A DNA stretch of 64,000 nt from Octopus sinensis (taxonomy: Eukaryota), in the NCBI RefSeq assembly GCF_006345805.1, contig NC_042999.1:85684001-85748000 (forward strand), read 5' to 3'. Each line of letters begins with the position of its first letter. The first letter of the stretch is position 1. The translations under genes were made by a program, and so were the position numbers. This document shows positions 38,351 to 50,754 of the stretch, one piece after another. The notes beneath the pieces were generated by a model, which saw only the letters and a program-made list of their open reading frames with translations, did no database searches and was not told the DNA's origin.

Positions 38351-39000
38351 TGGCATATATTAAAGGAAGATCTCACTAATAAAAGCGTAGCAAAATGGCG
38401 GTGCTCCAGCATGGCTACAGCTATGAGCTGAAACTACAAATATATATATATGACATATGTATGCAGAAAATTGGTGACCCTAACAGGACACCTTACAGGA
38501 TAAATGGAGCAGTCAAAGCCCAAACCATGGTTAAGAGTAATTTCGAAGGGATGACAAATAAAATCATTTTCAATAGTGACCACTTGTGTCTTGGTTTCAA
38601 ACATTAATGAAGAAATAAAATAATTTGCTATCCATGTTCTTCATCAGCAAAGGCACTACAATTAACATATGTGTATGTCTATGAGACAAATAGACAGCAC
38701 ATGTCTCGTCTTTATACATTATAATTTTTCAAAACCACCTTGCAAGCACAATTAGTCAACAGCAAATAAAAATTTATATGCCGACTTTCTTTAAAATTCC
38801 TAAACTCATATTAAGAAAATATATAAGGGTAGAAAAATTAGAGAAATTTTCTACCAGTGGCCTGCATGCATAGAATATTTTTCATATAAAATTATTGTAC
38901 ATTTATACAGAAAAGGAGCAGTCAATGCCCAAACCACAGTTAAGAGTTATTTTGAAGAGGATAAAAAATAATATTAGCAAGTAATTTTTCTACCTTTATA

Positions 39001-39040
<40 letters not shown>

Positions 39041-42000
39041 CATATATATAAACCTACATACTACATACACTTGCAAGGGGGTAGCTGGGTTTTCTCAATG
39101 CATTAAGCCACTGCTCCCTTCCCACCTTTAAGTTCATTCATCCTCTGCTCTCACCCAATCCCTTCCAGCGTCTTTTTCTCTCATTGCTCGTTGCCTTCAC
39201 TGCTCTCCTTTTCTTTTACCATCCTCTCCTTACAATCTCTCTACCAACTCGACTCTCTAATTGCTTCTCCCCCACTCCACACAGACTCTCCATTACCTTC
39301 ACCATCTTCTATATTTCATGCCAACTTCGTGTATTCACCCTTGTAACATAAAACAGCACTTGATTTCCCCTACACAGCTCACCCCATCACCTTTTCACTC
39401 CGCCCCTTTCTCTCTCACTAAACCTTGACACTACCTTTCTTCTGTCCCTACCATACTTCTTGCTCTCAATAGTGTCTCCTATGTTAATCTAACCACTCCA
39501 TCACAACAAGAAACTCTCATCATCTTGCCAATGATCATCGCCCTCTTTCTCATTTGTGTGAATTCTTTAGCCTGTCAGTTCAAGGTAGCCTCACTAGTGC
39601 TGCACAAAATACATCCAGCATGCTGCAAAGTGGTTGTCATTAGGAAAGGCATCCAGTCACAAAAACCATGTCAAAACTGTGAGACTGGAATATGATGTCG
39701 GCTCCTAATTCACAGAAACTGCAACTGGCATTCAAGCAAGACAGATCATGGCTCTCCCTCCCCAAGCTTTGACAATTTGCAGACTTGCTTGTATCACAGT
39801 CTTTCACTTTTCCGGATAGCTAAGGGCTAAGCCAACACACTAAATCTATTCCTACACACTATTCTGATGGCAAGTGGACCTATATTTTATGCAGGGTAAT
39901 ATGCATAATTTTCTATCAATAAAATCTGTTATTGAATGTTTGCAAGTTTGCAAGTTTGCTTTTGTTGTATCCATGCAGCCAGCCTGATCTTACACTCAGA
40001 AAGAATACAGTATCAATCTTTCTCATGAACAATCATGCGACGATGGTCTACAGCAAACACATCAGCTCGTAACAAAGTAAAATTTCAATTTTTCTTATAT
40101 AAATGAAACACAATACTCTAGTGAAAGGTATTGAGTTATCCTTCAATTATTGTTTGACTAAGCATTAATGGATATATAAACTGTGTTTGTGTGTATCTGT
40201 GCTCTTGCTTTGACATTATGTAACAATTCGTAAGCGTCACCACCTGCGAAAAAATATCTAACCATAGAGAAGTATTACCGTTTGGAACTAGGTGGATGTT
40301 AGCAACAAGTGTTACAAGCTATAGAAAATCTACTTCCAATAAACTCTACCTGATGCATGCAAGTATACACAAGTGGACGCTAAAACGCTGCGTGCACGCA
40401 CGCGTACACACACACACACGCACAAATTCAGGTGTTAAATGCATGCATCAGTATGTAGATTGTAATTAATTTGTAATTAATTATATACTATGGAATATTT
40501 AATTATGTATTATTCTAATTATGTGCTTCTGAACGTTAAATAATGTATTTTGAAACAATGCGATTGTAGTAATGTATTTTGGACACATAATATTTAAGAA
40601 TATGTAATGTATTTTGAAATAATTTTATTATTGTTTTTGAATATGTATTTTATTTTGAAATGTTTTGATTGTAATAAAGTACTTGGGAATTAATAAACTT
40701 CAATTGTTATTTCCAACATATCTCCAAATTTTCATTTTGAAGGCCAGATTTTCCTAGTTAACTAAAAAAGTTTGAAACTTCGTATATTGGTAGAATGTGT
40801 CAAAAGAAAACATTATTGTAAACAAAATTGAAAACAAAATTGTAATTCGTAACTAAAACGTAGTTTAATTTTTACGAATTTTAACCAATGAAATCCCAAC
40901 ATCTTCGAATTTTAACCAATGAAATCCCAACATTGCTGCGTTATCGATATTGATAAAGAAATATAGCAGACGCACGACACACACACACATTTGCACAAGC
41001 ACATAGTAATTAATATATAAGCGTACACACACATACAAACGGACATATACATACACACATATACGCACACAAGCAAAAATACACGTTCTTGTTTTGCCAC
41101 TTGCCGCAACAAATTTGCACAGAAGGGGGTGTGGGGTCAATGTTTCATCGTTTCGGGGTCGATAAATTAAGTACCAATTACGCACTGGTGTCGAGGATTT
41201 TTTTCCCAATTTATATCACAGCTTCCGACAATTTTATGAAAAAATATTTCGCAAATTTTTACAATACTAGTCACACTCCACGCGCAAACTCGAGACCGAT
41301 TTAGGCATATTATTGTTTTGTTTTTGTTGTTTCTGGCCCTTCAAAACCATGGGAGAAGCCTTTTCGGTAAAAAAAAAATAAAGAAAATATTAAAAAAATA
41401 TCGTTAATATTTTTATTGGGCGACGAAATTCATCGATTTCAGAGATATAGCTGTTATTTCTAGCACATGTAGAAGACAGAAGAAGAGGTAAATAATTTGA
41501 GCTCGAATATGCAACAGCGATAGAATATGCAACAGACTTAAATACTGGCATCCCTGCATGGCAGCGAGCCAATGAATGAAACGAGTAAGGATTAAAAATT
41601 GAGACGAAAAGGACATAAAATTTATTGCAATGATAGTCGTTTTGGTTGCTTTACGTCTCATGAAAAAATATAACTGTCCCACAGACATCAAGTTTGTTTT
41701 AATCTTTTTTTATACTGACCAAATATTTGTTGTAATACATCAGTAATGTATTAATGGGTTTAAATTTTGAGAAGAAGGCGTGAGTCGATACCATCGAGAC
41801 CAATACATGACTGGAACTTTATTTCATCGACCTCAGAGAGATGAAAAGTAAAGTTGATCTCAGTGTAATTTCAGTACAAGACGCAGTAAGTCAGAAAACA
41901 TCCCGCAAAGCATTTTCCGCCTCTCTAACAATACTACCAGCTCGATGCCAAATACGAATTATATTTGATTAAAAAGAAAAAAAAAAAAAAAAATCCGCGC

Positions 42001-42540
42001 GACAAGCAAGATATTTGTAAAAACATTTGCAAGCAGAACTTTGTGAACAGATGTACTGCTATTTGAGAATTTTACTTGGAATCTGATATTTTCTTTTAGC
42101 ACAAAATATGTCACCCGTTTTGTAACAGAGGTCAAGGACGTTTGGGAAATGTATTGAGCAACACATTCTGTGTGAGCCTATATATATATACATACATATA
42201 GACGCATACGCACATACACACGCTCCCCCACGAGCATAAAAAAATAAAGCACAATAAAGTGCAACACGCAACCAAAAATCGGGCTCAGTCGTGGGTTCCA
42301 CACGCCACTAGTGTAGAACGGCGCGCAGCATTAACCTCGAGATAAGCTAGAGTGCAGAATACGAGCCAACTGAGAAAAATAAGCTGTAAACAAGTGTGAT
42401 ATTCAATGCTTTATAGCACATACACGCATTTCAGCAAAATGCCGAAATAATTACATAGTAGTAGAAACATTATGCAACCAAACACTTCATCAGTGACCCG
42501 CAATAAATACAGCAATGTATGATCAAGTTCCACATATATA

Positions 42541-43408
42541 CAGGGTGTTCAGGCTAAATTTAACACTTTGCATAAAAGGAAAAGAAAACATATCCAAAAC
42601 TAAAGTATTTCTTAAAAAATCGAAAAATATCAAACTAGATTATGGATAGGACATAAAAGTTTACTCAAAGTAGCCGCCATCAGCTTCCACCACCGCCTCA
42701 AGACGGCTCCTGAACCTAGCACATGCATTCTTCACTGAGTCCTTGTGAAAATCTTTGAACACCTCGATCTTGACTATCAGCTCGGCCTTAGTGTTACAGG
42801 CAGAGTTTGGTATATTTCTCAACCACGTCCCACAGTAATCCATGCGATTACAATCGGGGGAATGAGGAGGCTAGAAATTGGTTCTGATGAAGTCATAGAA
42901 ATTCTCCTACAACCACTGACTCTTTCCGAGGTATAGTAAGGAGTCAAATCCTGCTGTCACACATATGGCCTTCCAGCAGCAACCCTCTCCAGCTAGGGAT
43001 TGATCGCAGTGTTCTACAGCTTCACATAGCCACCTGAATTGAACCTAGGTCCCTGTTAAAATATATACAGTGGCAAATGTCACCCTCACTGGAGGCACAC
43101 TAAAAAACCACAATTTGGAGGAACTTAGTTTTAATTATGTCCGTGTCACGTCTTAGAACCTTTACAGAGTTCAAAGGACATTGAGCAGCAGCAGTCTTGA
43201 TATCGGTACTTTGATATCCGGCGCGAATTATCATAATATAGGTAACTCTTTACCAATATTCAGTTGGCTTCCAATCCTCCATATCAGCTAACTTTTTCTC
43301 AATTACAACTTTAATCTTTATGCTCTCCACTCTCCAGTCCAGTTGACTGTTCACCAATACATCAAGTTGTTCCTAAAAACAATCGTCAAATTTAGCCCGA
43401 GCGCCCTG
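42541..43408 (-). mobile_element. Tc1/mariner (maT-like) deletion derivative
   Basis: TIRs cagggtgttcaggctaaatttaac / gtcaaatttagcccgagcgccctg, left TA; peptide ACARFRSRLEAVVEADGGYFE. Confidence 0.85.
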
Positions 43409-43565
43409 AACATTTTTGCCCTGTTATGCAGATAATCAATAACCTCGCATATTACATAAAATAGCAGGGAATAGACAAAGCATCATACGAAAAAGTCCGA
43501 ACAATGCCGCTACTGTCAAAACCAAATATGTGCAACCAGAAGGAAAAAAACTGGAAAAAAAATCC

Positions 43566-43987
43566 GAATCTTTTCAGTTTGAACGGCAGTTTTTTTCTAG
43601 CGGTGTCATATGAAATTGTCACCCATAATTATGACCCTAGTATCGATCTATTGCATTTCAATCTGTTTTAGGGTTAGGGGTGGGGGGTAAAGGTATTTTT
43701 TTTTCTTCACAAATGTAAATAAACCCAATCTGTTTCTTAAACGAGGAACATATTCATACGGCACAGAATGTTTTTTTCTTTTTACCTCAATGGACGTCAT
43801 TGATTGGTTGAAATTGCAGAAATTGATGGGAAAAAAACAACAAATATCTTACAAACCATAGAATTTTCTCAATAAAGCCAAGAGAAAAAGATGTTTTATA
43901 AACACATTCTACCAGTATACGAAGTTTAAAAGTGTTTAGTTACGTGGAAATTATTTTAAAAAACTGCCGTTCAAACCGAAGAGATCC
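43566..43987. mobile_element. MITE with ~28-bp TIRs and 8-bp TSD (Merlin-type by inference)
   Basis: TIR core tttcRgtttgaacggcagtttttt. TSD AAAAATCC at 43558-43565 and 43988-43995; right end reads 5'-GGATC. Confidence 0.85.
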
Positions 43988-45060
43988 AAAAATCCATAAA
44001 AAAAGTAAAAGGGACGGAAGATACAAACCGAACTCATAGCAGATAAGTCTGCTAAGACTATCTGAAAGACAAAAATACACATCCAATACAAAAGACATAA
44101 AAACACATACATACAGGTAAGCACGCATATATGCATACACGCACTCAATACACGATAGTCTCTCGTAATCCGAGAAAGACGGTTCTGCAATTTCTTGCTG
44201 AACAACTCACAAATGACTTGTTTATAATCATCAGATGTTTGTGTTGTACATTAGCTCACGCTGTTCATCAAATTGACGTTGCCTGAACGGTGTACCGCGC
44301 GTCATCTGTCGAAGTGATCTAATAAACAACGTGAGATGAAGTGTTTTACTCAAGAACACAACACACCACGATCTCGCGAAGTACAACACTAACAAAGCCA
44401 CGCACCCTCAACACAGACAACCAGATACATAAATAGATATACATCCATGTAGTGATAAAACAAAACCAATAGACAGAGTACATATAAACGTACATGTATG
44501 AACACACGCACACATTTTATATATATATTTCTATATCCATATCTACACACAACAGGCACATACATTCATGCACACTATGGTATCTATGGTGCGGGGAAAG
44601 GTTTCCTCTTGTCTAGAAACAATTTCTAGAGACGTTAGTTTTGACATTCAAAGAGAAGTACGGGCCGTAACAAAGCATCTGGCTTCTCTTCCGCTTACCC
44701 CCGGAGTGGGCTATTTTGCCTATGGGGTGGAAGATGGGGGAAGGTCCTTGATTTACTACCCAAAGGGTTATGTTCTGGGTGTTAACTCGTACTGATGGAA
44801 GCGGGACTACGGTCCATTAACCCAATCTCTCCGCAATTAACAAGCCAGAGAATCCCGTGGGACCTGATGGGTCACGTTTTCGTCCCGCTAAAGATTTCAC
44901 TGTCAATGGTGAAGAGTCCGTATCCCCACCAACTGTTTGGGTTGGCAGCGGAGTTACCCGATCTGCGTTGGATAGACAAATGTTCCTTACAATCCCACTA
45001 CAAGTACTCTCGGTTCCTATACAATCTTTAAGGTCTAGTTCTGGACCTTAAAGATTGTAT

Positions 45061-45325
45061 TTCTGGGATAAACTTAATACTGTCTTTATCAACAGCTCCC
45101 ATGAGAGCCTCATAATACTCTGCATTATTGTAAAATATACGACCAAGGCTGAAAGGCTGGAGATTCTAACTGATATTTCTTACCAAGACATTGATGACGT
45201 ATCTAGGATAGCATGATTGCCTATGAACGTAATGGAGGCTCTCTTTATTATATAGAAAATAGTCCCGAATCCTAATCTAAAGTGATGTCAAGAAAGTTAA
45301 CCCTTCTACTGCAATTCAAAGCAGA
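45061..45325 (-). mobile_element. Penelope-like RT thumb relic
   Basis: RVNFLDITLD followed by a segment homologous to 46255-46530. Confidence 0.7.
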
Positions 45326-45688
45326 ATCATTATCTTCGAATGTTTCTACGTAAAATAAAAATATATATAAAAGAAAAAGATATAAAAAAAAAAACGGGGA
45401 AAAAAAAGGTAGGGCGGGAACTGAAATTTTGAATTGCTGATTTTTTGGCATAATCGGAACCTCCGTTGCAGACAACGTCGAATCTGAAAAAGAAAAGGGG
45501 GAAAATGCGAAAAGGAGTGAGGCGCATAACCTCCATAAATTCCAAAGATATAAACATGGAATTTCTTTGAATTTTTATCAAATTGACTTTTCTTTCTTGT
45601 TGCATCTGCATTTAATACAGGTGTAGTGGATCTTGCATGCATGAAGTGGATTCGATCCACCACTGCCAAATTTAAATTAACACTGCAA

Positions 45689-46098
45689 CAAAAAATTTCA
45701 CAGAATTTAAATGTTAAAATAAACTAATGAGTTACTTAAATTATATATAACTCAGTTAAGTTAGAAAACAAGTTTTAAAAACCTTTTTATGGGGGTACAG
45801 GTACCTATTACTGAGAAGAAATAGTATTTTACGTAAAAGTACAATGAGTTTCGTTAAGAAAAAGTATTGTCATATTTTTGTAACTTTCTGTGAAAAAAAA
45901 CCGGCTTCCAAAACGAAAGAAAAATAAATTATATTAATATATATGGCTCGTACGTGAAACAAGTCATCTGAAAGGAAAACAAAGACAAGACTTGTATTCG
46001 CGAAATTAAGTAATTAAAATTTAGCTTACTTTGGCAGGAAAATTATTACTATCCATGACACTGGATGCGACGGTTTAGAAATTTATTTGTTGACAAGT
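45689..46098. repeat. Direct duplication copy 1 (ADA exon 1 + first ~340 nt of intron 1 + short 5' flank)
   Basis: About 97% identical to 48232-48669 apart from indels (hand count). Confidence 0.95.
46030..46056 (-). CDS. ADA: Adenosine deaminase first coding exon, proximal copy (MDSNNFPAK)
   Basis: Minus strand reads gtgtc-ATG GAT AGT AAT AAT TTT CCT GCC AAA|gtaagc. Same peptide as the distal copy with one synonymous change; phase 0. Confidence 0.72.
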
Positions 46099-46103
46099 CA
46101 GGG

Positions 46104-46216
46104 GGAAAATCTGCGTGTGTGTGTGCGCGCGCACACACGCGCTCACACATACACGTACACACTCACTTACATGCACGCGCGCGTGCACACGCACGCACAC
46201 ACACACACACACACAC
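46104..46216. repeat. Alternating purine-pyrimidine (TG/CG/CA)n tract
   Basis: tgcgtgtgtgtgtgcgcgcgcacacacgcgc...; potential Z-DNA former. Confidence 0.85.
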
Positions 46217-46254
46217 TTACAAACATACGCGTACACAAGGCGTATCTTTCCTTG

Positions 46255-46530
46255 ACAAATGCAGTTAGAAGGGTTAACTTTCTCGACTTTACTTGAGATT
46301 TAGACTCAGGATTTGTATTTTCCGTACCCCAAAGTTTCCATTACCGTTCACAAGCAATCCTATCACCATAGATACGTCATCAATGGATTGGTTTGGAAAA
46401 TTTATAAGGATCTCCAATCATTCAGCCAATGAACATATATTCTACAATAATGCGGAATATTATAAGGAGGCTCTCAGAGGAGGAGATTATAGAGTCAGTA
46501 TTAAGTTTATCCCAGAAACCAAGCTAAATT
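46255..46530 (+). mobile_element. Penelope-like RT thumb relic
   Basis: RVNFLDFT and ISNHSANEHIFYNNAEYYKEAL..GDY, resembling the thumb region of PLE RTs. Confidence 0.7.
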
Positions 46531-48231
46531 TGGCCCTCAAAGATCATACAAACATTAAAGATCCTTGTGGTCCCGAGACGGGGGAGGAACCTTAAATCTA
46601 CACGACGTAGATTGTCAAAAAGAAAGGCTTCCCCCACATCGGAAAATGTGGGATACAAAAAATTTGGTAAAAAAACGGGTGACAGGGAACTGAAATTCTG
46701 ATAATGCTTTTTTATTTTCTTTTTACGTGACAAAATCGTAATCTCCCGTTGTTGATCGCAAGAAGGAAAGGGAGTAGTGTGAATGTTCAACACCTTAGAA
46801 ATTTGGCTGTTGTTTCTAGCATGTGGAGAGACCACGTCTATGAACTGGTTGGAAATGACTCATGGCATGATTGTGCACGAAATGGGGTGCAGTGGGGGCA
46901 ACTATTTTTTTTCCCATTAATATCGAAAGTTTGAAATGCTGATTTGGGGGGGGGGGGCATAATTGGAATATTCGTTACCGAAAACATCGGAATCTGAAGA
47001 AAATAAGAAAACTGAATGGGGAATTCAATAACTGAATTTGTGAAAATATTTTGATATACACTTATATATATCAACAGTTATATTCGAATAGTTTTACTTT
47101 AGGTGTCATGGGACTATACTTGTTAGAAGAGGGGAAGGAATACATGTAATTAATTTTATAAGCAGCCTATTGACCGAGTTTCGCTCGAGTGTGTGAAAAT
47201 TTTTAAAGAATTGAAGTTTTGTAGAATTTCTTTCTGTTTATCAGAATAACAAGCCCCAATATTTAGAACACAGAAGTAAAAACTTATAACCAGTTATTGT
47301 ATTCCAAAATAACGGAGAGTTGACAAAAGAAATGAAAAAATATCAAAGCATTTTTAACTCGTAAACCGTAACCATCTACGCTTTTAAAATCCGAAGAAAT
47401 GAAAAAAACATAAGTGTATCTCTCGGGTGGTGACATCCCTAATCTACACCAAATTTTCGTGAAAAAAATTTAAAAAATAAAGTGAGAAATGAAGTTACAG
47501 CTGATTGTGTTCTTCAATACGGAGGAGGTGGGAAACGAAACATGAAAAAAAGTTTAAATTTTGAGCTTTCCAAATTCTAAACACATAGAAATTCGATAAA
47601 TTATAATAAAGAAATCTTATGTAATATCTGTATATCTACGTGTGTGTGTGTGTGTGCTGAAAATGTTTAGAAGGTCCTTTGATTGTAAACCTGCAGTTGA
47701 AGAAATGGTAAAGTTGGGGTGAACTCGTAAAACTTTACCGAAATAGTTACCGATCACCAGATTCTTTACTTGTAACAATGGATAATTAAAGTATCAACAT
47801 ATCATTGTAATTAAATGATATACGAAGACTCTCGCATCATCTTGTCTTCTTTCACAGTTTCTTTTTAGCAAGTTCTGCGACTATTGAAAAGAAGCAGAAT
47901 ATGTAAACTTAAGTCTACAGCTCCGAATCTGCACGAATTGGCAGCGCGAGTCTTTTTACAACGTATATAACAAGATGGTTATCGTTTCACACACACTCAA
48001 ATTAAATATTTTATAGAAGTAACAGTGACATAAGGGCCAAGAGTTAAATGCATTGACACCTCAGGGAACTCTCGGTCCTTACGTCACTGTACTTCTGCCA
48101 AATATTAACGAAAGCACACAGACACAGGTGTATGTGTGTGTACGTATGTATGTTTAAGTCAAAAAGTTCAATAAACACGCCGCTTGTTAGCCTCCACAAA
48201 TATGCTCTATGTGATGTAACATTTCAACGAT

Positions 48232-48669
48232 CAAAAAATTTCACAGAATTTAAATGTTAAAATAAACTAATGAGTTACTTAAATTATATATAACTCAGTT
48301 AAGTTAGAAAACAAGTTTTAAAAACCTTTTTATGTGGTACGGGTACCTATTACTGAGAAGAAATAGTATTTTACGTAAAAGTACAATGAGTTTCGTTAAG
48401 AAAAAGTATTGTCATATTTTTGTAACTTTCTGTGAAAAAAAACCGGCTTCCATAACGAAAGAAAAATAAATTATATTAATATATATGGCTCGTACGTGAA
48501 ACAAGTCATCTGAAAGGAAAACAAAGACAAGGCTTGTTTTCACGAACTTAAGTAATAACAATTTAGCTTACTTTAGCAGGAAAATTATTACTATCCATGA
48601 TGTTGTGATGTCACTGGATGCGAATATCAGCAATTGCACTAGTGTTTAGAAATATATTTGTTGACAAGT
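48232..48669. repeat. Direct duplication copy 2
   Basis: As copy 1, plus two indels (~11 and ~18 bp) in the 5' UTR part. Confidence 0.95.
48572..48598 (-). CDS. ADA: Adenosine deaminase first coding exon, distal copy (MDSNNFPAK)
   Basis: Minus strand reads acatc-ATG GAT AGT AAT AAT TTT CCT GCT AAA|gtaagc. Strong donor, phase 0, joins in frame to VELHVHLDG, as the short first exon of vertebrate ADA does. Confidence 0.72.
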
Positions 48670-48690
48670 AGGCGGGAAAGTGGGTCATCT
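48599..48690 (-). promoter_or_regulatory. Candidate 5' UTR/promoter of the distal ADA first exon, with a GC-box/E2F-like TTTCCCGCC motif
   Basis: Immediately upstream of the ATG, within the CpG-rich domain; plus strand aggcgggaaa at ~48670-48679. Confidence 0.4.
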
Positions 48691-49329
48691 CATTATCTAT
48701 CTAATATTAAACTCTTTCATTTTCGTGCCGAGCAACATATCACGTTACCATAACATTCTATACAAGGTATGACACAAAATCTACCAAGCAAACTGGTGGT
48801 TGTCTATCTGCATCAACAAAAGTTAATTAATAAAAAAAAAGTTTGTGGATAAACATAAAATACAGTAGTTTGTTCAGCAAGCCTCTCTACTTTATTTTTA
48901 TCTACGAACTTTTATGGAAATAGCGGAATAAAAACAAATGACAACTTTACAGATAACTTTTCACAAGAACCACTTAATATATTGGGAACTTAAGCGTCAA
49001 ATGTTTAAGTTTGGGTTAATATACACTTAACAATCGTAAAAAAGTCACAGTAACATGTATTGAGAGAATGAAATTTAAAAAATACTTAGAAAATGAAAAT
49101 GAATTGACAGAAATCAGAAGCGATGACTCTGATTTAAGGGCTGTGTAGAACGTACATATATTTATTAAACATAAAAACCTTACATATATTTTATATGAGA
49201 TGGACGGGCAGAAGTCTTTCCGAAAACAATTGCATTCAGACAGAAACAACTCACTGATGCACAAATGAGATTCGTGAATAGCTTCTCTTGATCTCTAAAT
49301 TCGTTTCGCTACACATGCATATGAAGATA

Positions 49330-50050
49330 TGATGTAAACAAATCATTGTTGCCAAAACATTTTGGCGAGCATCTAATCACCCTTCTAAAGTCTGTGTATG
49401 AACGTTGTCACCGTCTGGATAAACGTAATTCATTGAATGAACAACTTCATGAATATAGGGAGTTGTCGAGACTCACAAATGAAGCCTTACCCATTGGATA
49501 TCAGACACGTTCCTGACAATATCCAATGCTTTACAATGGGCCAGTATTTCACGCATGTGATCGGAGACCTCAGTTACGCAGCATTTTTCCGTTTCCTTTT
49601 CTACTGCATCAAACACTCAGTGCCCTTCATGTCACTCTACTCGGTGACATTTCCGATGTATATATTTGGATTCATATTGTTCCACAGCAATTGGACATCC
49701 AATTCAGCGAGTTGTTGTGGGTGTGCGTGCAAGCGTAGCTCACAGACATCTCACTTGTCTGCTGTTCAAAATTCCCAATTATTTGCAGTTCAAAACACCA
49801 CTTTGTTCTGTGGATAGTCTCTTACCCATATATACATCAGCTGAATTTTGATGGGTGAAGTCATATGGCTCTTTTCGAAAGAGGCATTGATTCGTGAATT
49901 CACAGAAACATTGCCATCTCTTCTAGTCCCTTATTTCTCTACAGTTCAGGTCTATTACATCGCTAGCTTGTAACTGTGTTTTGATTATCAAATGTCGACC
50001 TGCAAGCCTTCGAATTGCCTTCTGAGTAGTGTTTGTTACTGGGTGTAGAA
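49330..50050 (-). pseudogene. Merlin (IS1016/ISXO2-like) transposase relic
   Basis: Frameshifted motifs KRWQCFC, SFEKSH..YIW, VEQYESKY.HRKCHR...EGH*VF, VKHWILSGT..ISN, H.VVHSMNYV...HTQTLEG. Confidence 0.75.
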
Positions 50051-50754
50051 TGTGAGCGGTATCCTTCAACAGCTAGTTGGGAAATACTTCCCACATCGCT
50101 AAAATTTACTATACATGCAGGTGTCTGTGGATGTGGAATAGAGAGGGTGTTGTTTTTATCCATGAACTTTTGAGATGTCATTCTCGTCACCTCTCTTTTT
50201 TAAAGGCATTTTACTTTCATTTCTTTACGGCGTTAAATTGCATGTTAACCTAAGTTTGAAACTAAACAGCAGTTGTTTTGTTATACAAGATGCCTGTCAA
50301 TGTTAACGGTGTTGCTCGCTTCTTACAATACATGCAACACAGCTTTAATCAATACTATTTTTTCCGCCTCTTCCCCACTAATGTTGGGATATATTAGTTG
50401 TAGTAAAACACAAAAAATGATGGAATCAGCGAAGGAACTTCTCAGCAATTATTCAAACTGTTAGAACTAGCAGCTGTCAAACCATATTCTGTCGTCTTCA
50501 GAAAAAGAGCACTGTGGATAAATTGATGCAATAAACCTGAGAGAAACGGAAAACGGGATAGTCATAATTGGAACACGTTTCATCGTAGCTCAGCTCGACT
50601 GGTTTTGACTTTGGGTTAAACAAGGACACACATACATATGCATCGGAAACTCTGGTTACAGACTTCTGCACTCAGAAATTGTAAAAGCATGACAACTAAT
50701 ATAGAGATGAAGCCTAAACTTAGGCCTTTACGGAAACTATTTGTTACAATTGTA

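Noticed and set aside
43669-43681. Telomere-like TTAGGG repeats (also ccctaaccctaa near 50920)
   Set aside because: Only about two units, internal to MITE-like elements.
44111-44122. Perfect plus-strand donor CAG|GTAAGC suggesting an antisense transcript
   Set aside because: A single 9-mer with no matching exon evidence is expected by chance in 64 kb.
44200-44227. Alternative ADA first exon MIINKSF with a GTGAGT donor
   Set aside because: It is phase-compatible but lacks the terminal Lys seen before VELH in ADAs. MDSNNFPAK fits better and is preserved twice. It cannot be fully excluded without RNA data.
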